From NCBI GenBank assembly GCA_964035545.1, contig CAXIUT010000086.1, forward strand, positions 1 to 31,526: a stretch of 31,526 nucleotides of DNA, given 5' to 3'. The notes under the pieces were generated by a model. That model was not told where the DNA came from. It did not search any database and saw nothing but the letters and a program-made list of their open reading frames with translations. The position numbers were made by a program, and so were the translations under genes. Origin of the DNA: Bugula neritina. Its lineage: Eukaryota; Animalia; Bryozoa. This document shows positions 23,998 to 31,526 of this stretch, in pieces. Position 1 is the first letter of the stretch, and each line of letters opens with the position of its first letter.

Positions 23998-25215
23998 ATG
24001 AGTCGTCCTCAAAAGAAGAGTTACGCTCAGAAGGTAGATTTTTCTGACGAAGAGATCTACTAGTAGATAAAAGACCAAATCAGATAAATCAAAGAAAGCA
24101 ACCTCAAAAAAGTAGAATAGCAAACCCAAATAAACGACCTCTACATGAATCGCAAACAGTAGAAGAGGAAGCAGAAGTATATAAATAATAAAAACAACAA
24201 TTAAAAACTTAATCTTCACGAGGTGGTTATCAAGCAAAGGGATTCATCTGATGATGAGGAAGGTGAAATTCATTAAAAACCTATCAAATCATAGTTCATA
24301 CAAAATGATTTCAATTTTTAGGGGGTGCCTTCGATTAGCAATTTAGGCGACCATATTAGACCACTAACACTAACAAGAAACAAGATAGTTGATTTGCTAA
24401 ATTCTAGGAAGTTTTAGGAATTGATGAAAGGATGTTTTGTGAGGTATTTGATTGATTCTACGATCAATTCAAATAATAATTCTTATATTATTGCGCAGAT
24501 AGTTGGGGTAACTGAGGGAAATAAGGAATATCAGGTGAATAGTATTAAGACTAAGGTGTTACTCAAGTTACAGGAAACTTCTGATAGCGTAGTAACTTTG
24601 TCTTTGCAGTTGATATCTAATCAGCATCCTCCGGGAGGGCTAGAAATATAGAAATGGTTGCAAACTAATAGAAACAAAATACCAAAATAGAAAGAATTGA
24701 AAGAGAAGTTATAGGAACATAACAAGTTGTTGGTGTAGCAGTTGAGTTCAGTCGAAATAGATTCTAATATTTGGAAAAAAGCACAAAGAATAGCTGAAAT
24801 GTTAGAATAGCCTAAAGAAGATATCAATTTATTACTTGATTTCGTGGGATAGAAACTGCATAATTTATAGGCCAGGATCGATGAGTAGATAATAGGTCGA
24901 AATACTAAGGGAGATCTTTCAAATTTACAGAAAGAGGCTAAATAGAGTAAAGAGGTGCACTAGAAGTTGTTGAAGATCAGAGAGAGTTATATGAAGAGCA
25001 GACAGGCTGCTGAGAAGTTGAATGCTCCTAAGAAGTAGAAGAAGTATAATATGAATTTGATTGAGTAGAAGAGAAAGGACTAGATCAATGAGAAATGTAA
25101 GGCTAGGACATTGATGTTGGCTACTTATGAGGGCTTTGTGAGGTTGAAGCAGAATATATTGGAGAATCATATGAAGTATAATTTTGTACTTGATGAGGAA
25201 GATATGCAATATTGA
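23998..25215 (+). CDS. RTF1: Plus3-domain protein, Paf1 complex subunit Rtf1-like, 405 aa
   Basis: LTLTRNKIVDLLNSRKFEELMKGCFVRYLI...YIIAQIVGVTEGNKEYQV...LQLISNQ...EIEKW matches Plus3. TGA 25213-25215. Confidence 0.85.
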
Positions 25216-25251
25216 TTGATAAATAAACTATTAATAATTATTTTTGTATTA

Positions 25252-26423
25252 TCATGCTTCTTTTTTAATCCATTTTGACATGAAATTGCTTTGTTTTGAC
25301 ATTTAATTTTGTTGACTTTGTTTTTTACTTTATTTTGGATATTGATTTTTTATTGATTATTTTGATTATGTCTTCTTGACTTTTGTCTGTTGTGCATTAT
25401 TTGATGCCTTGATCTATAGTTTTTATTTCATTGCGATTGGTTTTTATTCTCCTGAATCTGACTGGAACATCATCTTTTTGGCTTCTACTTGTTTTTATAG
25501 GTTGTTATTTATTTTTGGTTACTATCTGTCTTCTTGTGTTGATATTGGTTTTTCATTTATTTATTTTTATGCTGTTGATGTTTGTGGTTTGATGTTGTAA
25601 AGAGCAATTGATGATTTAACTTATTCTTATTCATCTGAATCTGACATAAACAACATCTTTTTAAATTTTACTTATTTGCTTGCATCCATTACCTTTGATT
25701 ATTTGTTTATTTTTGGTTCTTCTTTTGGCTTAGATTATACTTTCTGTTGGAATAAACTACTTTTAACCTATTTTGTCTTTTTAGGCTTATCAAATGATTC
25801 ATTCTTTTTAGGCCTATCAAATGATTCATTCTTTTTAGGCTTATCAAATGACGCAACCTTTTGCATCTTTTTTGGTTTATCATCTTTTTGACTAAATTTC
25901 TCATCTTTTTGACTAAATTTCTCATCTTTTTGACTAGGTTTATCAAAAGAGTCAGCTTTTTGAGATATTGGTTATTTATTGATTTGATTTTTCGAGCAAT
26001 ATTGATGAGTTTTCCTCAAACAAGTACTTTTTACTTAAGCAATAACTTGATCAATAGATATATCTTAATGATAAATAGCTCTTATTTTGATTTATCTAAT
26101 ATTTTATTTTTTGAATTAACAACTCATAGAATTACTTTTTACATCCATATGTTCAATCTTATTTAAACTAGTTGTTTCAAAAGCCATAAATCCTTCTTTA
26201 ATTAATACTACATCACATAAAAATTAATATGGTTATTGTCTTTGATTTTTGTATTAGTCTAGTACTCCACTAATCACTTGATTTGATGTTAATCCTTGAT
26301 TTGATGTTAATCCTTGATTTTGTAATAGATTTAGTAGATCTTGGAATCTTTATTTATATTGAGGTACATGAAGTATCCTTTGGATTGAAGATGGGTATCG
26401 ATTTATTGGTAAATGGCGCGCAT
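25252..26423 (-). CDS. Low-complexity protein with a C-terminal PIP-box-like motif, possibly DNA polymerase delta subunit 3 (POLD3/Cdc27/Pol32)-like; 20-nt intron 26348-26367
   Basis: Long open frame to TGA 25252-25254, reached from ATG 26423 by removing GTACCTCAATATAAATAAAG. About 140 ordered N-terminal residues, a K/E/S-rich tail, and the end KQSNFMSKWIKKEA. The architecture fits POLD3 but the identity is inferred. Confidence 0.5.
25778..25945 (-). repeat. Coding tandem repeats: 21-nt (SQKDEKF x~3) and 27-nt (SFDKPKKNE x3)
   Basis: Read directly from the sequence; boundaries approximate. A further 18-nt duplication (NQGLTS x2) lies at 26278-26320 in the same gene. Confidence 0.88.
26348..26367 (-). 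other. Probable tiny intron, 20 nt (GTACCTCAATATAAATAAAG)
   Basis: The only short GT-AG segment found that links an ATG-bearing frame to the long downstream frame; the AAG acceptor is less typical. Confidence 0.6.
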
Positions 26424-26524
26424 ATTTTATCTTGAAATTCTAATATTATTATTAATTAACAAGAACTAATAGAACATAAACTATTTTAATATCAATAAAT
26501 ATCAATTAAGCAAAATTATGCAAA

Positions 26525-26725
26525 TCAATTTTATTTAACTTTTTTTTATTTGAATGCTCTTTCAACTTTATCTGAAAAGCTATCGCTAGATTTCCACATT
26601 TGAGGACAAGCCAGACAGCACCAGATACCAACGGCTAGCAGGTGGACAAGTATCAGGACATATACTACAACTTTGATGGTCGGGTTGACTTATCCCATGA
26701 AGTCGAATGCGGAGAGGGTCTACAT
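26525..26725 (-). CDS. Single-pass membrane microprotein, 66 aa
   Basis: METLSAFDFMGEVNPTIKVVVYVLILVHLLAVGIWCCLACPQMWKSSDSFSDKVERAFKEKKVKEN-TGA. Elevated GC matches the ORF; one clear hydrophobic helix and a basic tail. Confidence 0.8.
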
Positions 26726-26752
26726 GATTATTAATATCTTATTTATGTCAAA

Positions 26753-26761
26753 TCACGTGTG
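26753..26761. promoter_or_regulatory. Candidate E-box-type element TCACGTGTG in a 74-nt divergent promoter
   Basis: Lies between ATG 26725 (-) and ATG 26800 (+); reverse complement of the 9-mer upstream of BiP. Confidence 0.35.
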
Positions 26762-26799
26762 GAGAGTAATTAAATTGATTAGATTTTAAATATATTTGA

Positions 26800-27630
26800 A
26801 TGAAGGAGTCTGAGGCTGGTCTTGGGAATTGGGATTTCAAGTTTAGAGAAGGCGGGTTGGGTAAATCTGAATAGATGGATGCTATTACGACTGATTGTAA
26901 GCTGTTCAGGGCACCAACTATCATATTTCCTCAAAACGAAATGAAAATAATTGATAAAGGAGGAAATATCCAAATAACCTTCAACGCTAAGTAGGCTTTG
27001 AGGTTTATTAATTACTAGGTGAGGCAGAAACAGTATAATGCTGTTGATTCTCCTGGATAAATAAATACTATAAGCTATATTCCTAAAAAATTACATGTGA
27101 AACATGCATAGCATTGGAAGAGTATATAGAAACCTAAGGACATTGAGATAACATAGATAAAGTAGTGTTCTGATAGTTTTTTTTTATCAACTTTCAAAGG
27201 ATTGGTCGAGGGAAAGGTAAAAGTGTAGAAGGTAAAGGAGCCTGTAATACCGGTTGAAAAGTTAGGTCCATAAAACCCAATAACTTTCTATAACCAGGGA
27301 TCGTTATACTAAGATGAACTAGATGACAATGGACTGATTCAGTATTAGTATAAATTCAGGACGATGGCTACTTGTTGGTTCGCTTTGATAAGAAATTATG
27401 CTCGCATTGATTCAGTGACAGTGATCATATTCGATACTAGAATGTATTGGGAGCAGGGATGGAACAAAGTAGCTAGACAATTCATGGTTAAATAAATCAA
27501 CTGGAATTAGTTGAAATAGAAAGAAGGGTAGTTGCCTGGAGGATGGAGGATGAATCCTAATCAATCGCATATACTTTATCCTCATTTGAAGGAGGTCTTC
27601 GGGGAGAACTAGTTTATTCATTATGGTTGA
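26800..27630 (+). CDS. TIP41: TIP41/TIPRL-family regulator of PP2A-like phosphatases, 276 aa
   Basis: PTIIFPQN...ITFNAKEALRF...LYEDELDDNG...KFRTMATCWFALIRNYARIDSV...DTRMY. TGA 27628-27630. Confidence 0.92.
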
Positions 27631-27682
27631 TGTTGATTGAATTATTTTTATATTATTAAATTATTAGATAATTGTGGTTTTA

Positions 27683-29404
27683 TCATAGGACAGTTTGTAC
27701 AAATTTTTATACTTACACCCATAGGTATCTTTCTTTGATAAAATTTTTAATCATATTTTTGACCATCTAATTTTATTACCTAACCACTTTTATAACTGAA
27801 TTCTGATCCAAGTTATTTTTATTTTATCCGATTATTGAATTTTAGTAGATATCGATTTGTCTTTGAATGATGGCTTTTTTTTATAACAGAGTCCATGAGT
27901 TAAGAAGTTGATTTTCGGTATTAATATTTACAGAATATTATCTTATTATTCTGGGCATATTGGTCATGATATCTTCTTCATTCATTTTATAAAATTATGA
28001 ATATATTTGTTGTAATTTAGTCAATTATTTTGACTATTTTTATTATGTTTATGGAGTTATTACTTATTTTGGTCTTTTATTTTATAATTATGTTTTTAAG
28101 GTGTCGTTTATTTTCTTTTTATCTGTTAGTTCTTTTTATATTTTTTTGTTTTTATTTGTATTATCTGTTATTTATTTTTTCACTTTTCTTACTTAGATTT
28201 CATGATCTTTCTTCTTCTTTTGGACAGTATTTTCTTTGTTCACAATATCATCGTTTAGCTTATTACTTTAATTTACTATTCTTTATTTCTTTTTATCCAG
28301 TTAACTCTATTGAACTGTTGGTATTTGAGGTGTTTGTACTTGAGGTGCAACTGTTTTAGGGAGGGTTTTGAAGGATTTGCTTTTATTTGGTTTTTATTAT
28401 TATTTTTTTATGATGCAACAACCTGAATAAAGTGATATTTTATTGAATCCTTGTTTTAATAATTATTTTGAACAAAAACTATAAGCAGATGATATTTGAT
28501 TAAACAATTTGATTTTATTTGCATTTTATTGCATAGATTTTTAATATATATTTTTGAAGCCAAATCGAACAATCTTTTTTTATTTATCGTTTAAACATAA
28601 GATAGCTTTATTGACATTATTAACATACAATAATTGATTTTTCAATTTATTAAAAGCCTATCTAACTTTATTTCTTCCAAAAAGATGTAACAAATTGCAA
28701 ATATTTTATTTACTTTTATTTCCATTATTTTTAATATGATCTCCTATCATACTAAATGATTATTTATTGATTTTAGTTGTATTATTTTTTAGTTTATCAA
28801 TAAATAAAGAATACCAATTAGACTAATATTTTTTAGATAGTTGAATAGTGGCTAGTATTAGACATTTAGATTATATGTTTATTTTTGTTTTAGTTGTTGT
28901 TTTGTTTTACTTTAGTTTTGAAAATGATGTTTTTATATTGTTTTTTAGACATCTAGAAATGATATAAATTGTTGATATTGATTTTTTCAATAGAATTTTA
29001 GGATGTTACTATTCTTTTTATTCTACTTTTTGTCTAGGAGATAGTATCTTGGTTGACATTTTTGCTTATTATTTCTTTTATGTTATGCTTTGTTTCTTTG
29101 ATTCAGGAGATTGAGGGGTTTCAGTAGGCGATGCTATTCTTTTTATTTTGTTGAAAGATGGTTCTTAAGGTGTAGGTGATTTTGCTGTCTATTTAGTTCT
29201 ATTAGTTCTTGATATAACTTTTGGTCTTTAGTGTTTTATTTACTGTGTTGGAATTTATGATATTTATGAGGTGGCGTTGGTTTGTTCGGCTGTTGTTGTA
29301 CCTCGTTTGCTTGTTCTGGCAAATTTATTTGGAGATAGTATTGAACTATTCGGTGAGTCTTATTCTTTAATGGGTTAGATTGGTTTTTTATGTCTAGAAA
29401 TCAT
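27683..29404 (-). CDS. Hypothetical protein, 573 aa, with an S/T/P-rich N-terminus and helical K-rich repeats (weakly Sfi1-like)
   Basis: Open frame translated from ATG 29404 to TGA 27683-27685; recurring AFNKLK/GFNKI/GFKNI-type segments. Confidence 0.72.
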
Positions 29405-29541
29405 GATAGATTTTTTAGATTGTGATTACAATATATTTTATCAAATGGAAAACAAAATAATAAGTTTATCATCTATATCATTTGGTTAGAAATAGATAAT
29501 AATAGATAATATGAATAAGTAGTTTCTACTATAAAAGATAA

Positions 29542-31369
29542 ATGAATAATAATTCTTATAAGTTTATTGATTTTAGTCATAGATTATATAATACCGATAG
29601 CAATAATCTCCATGAATAAGAACTACTATCCAATAGATTTCTAGGCCCAATATTAAGGTAGTATATAGATAACGAAGACACATCATAGAAGATGATATAG
29701 ATATCTAAAAAGTACAGAGAAATGATACTTACATTTGAACCTGATGCTACAGATATCTTATAGCAAAATTTATCTAATATTCTTGAAGAAATATAAGAAT
29801 GGCAGATGTAATTTAGAAAGGAGAGTAGTTATCTATTAATATAGCTATTTATTCGTAATTTGCTAATGGTCAGTTGTTGGCCTAGAGACGGAAACATCCT
29901 CCATAAATGTGTCCATAATGTGGGTAATAAATTAAAAAACCTATTCAATGCTAATTTTGTGCATAAATCTTTTGCAAAAAATGTTGTAGTAGAAGTCGAG
30001 CGATACCTTTTCTTGCGAAAGAGGGGAGATTATGCTGTGAAAATTGTCATTGGAAATTCGTAAAGTTGTTTGATAATAAGGTATTTATCTTGTTATTTAG
30101 TATTTTTATTAAGAAAAGGAGAAATTGATTAATGTTATTAATTTTGTGAGAAATAAAACTAATAGGATCAATTAGAAAGTTAAAATTAAACAGAAAGAGT
30201 TGGATTAGATTAGAAATGAAAAGAGAGATAAGAAGATAAAAGAAAATGTGAAGGAAAAAGAGATTCAAGATTAATAGAAAAAGTTAAAAGCTCTTGAGGA
30301 ATAGTTCAAAAAAGTTATAGCTGATAAAGCAGAGTAAATCAAGTTATAGCAGAAAAGGAAATAATAAAAATAAAAAATATAAAAATAATAAAAATAAAGA
30401 GCCTAAAGATAAAAAATTAGATACTAAATATTAAAAAAATAAGAATAATAGCGAAGACTAAAAGAAATAGCAAAGGATAAATCTGAATAATCAAAATAAA
30501 ATGGATAATAGAAGATAGAATAATAAAAGAAAAATTAATAAAAAGCAATTCAATAGAACTAAATGCAGTAACAGTTGAGAAAGAAAGAGTAGTAGATATA
30601 ATAGCTAAGGAGACAACTTCAAAATAGTGCCAAAAAATCATAGAGATCATAAAATTCGACTAGTTCAAAAAAGTAGTCATAGACTCCTAAGCAAAGTATA
30701 AATTCGACTTAATAAAAATAAAAACAAATTAACTCTGCAACAACAGAGTTATCATAGAAAAGTCGGTCTAGAAAACAAAGTTCATAAATATAGAAAAAAT
30801 CTTAGAAAAAAGATTAAATTAAATTGATCTAACCATCTCATACAAGTCAAAGTGGAGTCAAAAGAACATCAGTGGTTGAATCTAAGTAGACAGAGTAAAA
30901 TGAGGAAATAAAGCCAGAATCAGAGTTGGAGAAAAGTTTGGCCAAAATGTTCAAGATCAAGAATGATGATCAGAAATCAGTGGTTAGCAGATTATCTAAA
31001 ACATCTAAAAGCGTAATTGATATGTCTGTAAACTAATTGCTTTCTTTGAAGATTCCTTTGGCTCGTTCTAGTTCTAAAGTAGAAGCACCTGAACAAATTT
31101 CAGCTAAAAAAAGCTAAACATCAAGTGAAAATGCTCTAAACTAGGAGCCAAGGACCCCTCTATCTACTCTTTCTTCTCCTAAAATCTAGCATCGCAATTC
31201 TTTGAAGATATAGGAATTGAATAGTCCTGAACTAGACAAACAGTCAGTGCAGATAAACCGTGACCAGATAATTCGTAATTCAAGTTTGATATCATCTTCT
31301 GCTAAGGATCAGACGATACCTTAGACTGGTGATATGGATAGTAATAAGTGTAAATGCGAAGTGATGTGA
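29542..31369 (+). CDS. FYVE/PHD-like zinc finger plus coiled-coil protein (~595 aa) with C-terminal CaaX (CKCEVM); two 20-nt introns
   Basis: CPEC...CEFCAEIFCKKC...CENC (eight Cys with FYVE-like spacing) is in frame after removing 29825-29844. The coiled coil and tail are in frame after removing 30081-30100. TGA 31367-31369. Confidence 0.85.
29825..29844 (+). other. Tiny spliceosomal intron, 20 nt (GTAGTTATCTATTAATATAG)
   Basis: GT...TAG; removal puts the zinc finger in frame. Confidence 0.82.
30081..30100 (+). other. Tiny spliceosomal intron, 20 nt (GTATTTATCTTGTTATTTAG)
   Basis: GT...TAG; removal avoids a TGA and opens a frame of more than 400 codons to the CaaX end. Confidence 0.85.
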
Positions 31370-31440
31370 TATTAATGAAATTATAAGTTTTATTTTCTTT
31401 ATATTTTTAATCAATTATGATGTTTTTATATTATGCTTCA

Positions 31441-31526
31441 GGGGTTGGGGTTGGGGTTGGGGTTGGGGTTGGGGTTGGGGTTGGGGTTGGGGTTGGGGTT
31501 GGGGTTGGGGTTGGGTTGGGGTTGGG
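31441..31526. repeat. Right telomere, (TTGGGG)n, G-rich strand
   Basis: GGGGTT array to the end of the window, with one GGGTT variant unit near 31511-31515. Confidence 0.99.

Noticed and set aside
26550-26730. GC-rich island as a structured ncRNA such as telomerase RNA
   Set aside because: No CAACCCCAA template or snRNA motif was seen, and a clean 66-aa ORF matches the island.
31511-31515. Variant GGGTT telomere unit as a mixed telomere repeat
   Set aside because: A single occurrence near the contig end; sequencing error or telomerase slippage is more likely.

Overview
This window is a complete telomere-to-telomere eukaryotic chromosome of 31.5 kb, capped by (CCCCAA)n on the left and (TTGGGG)n on the right. 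It is AT-rich and very gene-dense, and is best read as a ciliate macronuclear (somatic) minichromosome. Conserved motifs in BiP/HSP70, RPS28, UBC2/RAD6, an RTEL1/FANCJ-type helicase and TIP41 show that in-frame TAA encodes glutamate; TAG does too, on somewhat weaker evidence. TGA is the only stop codon. This matches the peritrich nuclear code (NCBI table 30), not the Gln code of Tetrahymena and Paramecium, so the supplied standard-code ORF track is mostly fragments or antisense artefacts. Hand translation with TAR=Glu gives about 22 genes, mostly 30-160 nt apart, several interrupted by tiny 19-22 nt GT-AG introns. Points worth follow-up: the code itself and an apparent Glu-to-Gln drift at conserved sites; a motif shared by both subtelomeres at nearly the same distance from the telomere; adjacent functionally linked genes (RAD6-RTF1); two unresolved frame changes; an unexplained 670-nt gap downstream of RPS28; a shared TCACGTGTG promoter element; and a non-canonical BiP C-terminus. 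All assignments come from manual translation and motif recall; no searches were run.
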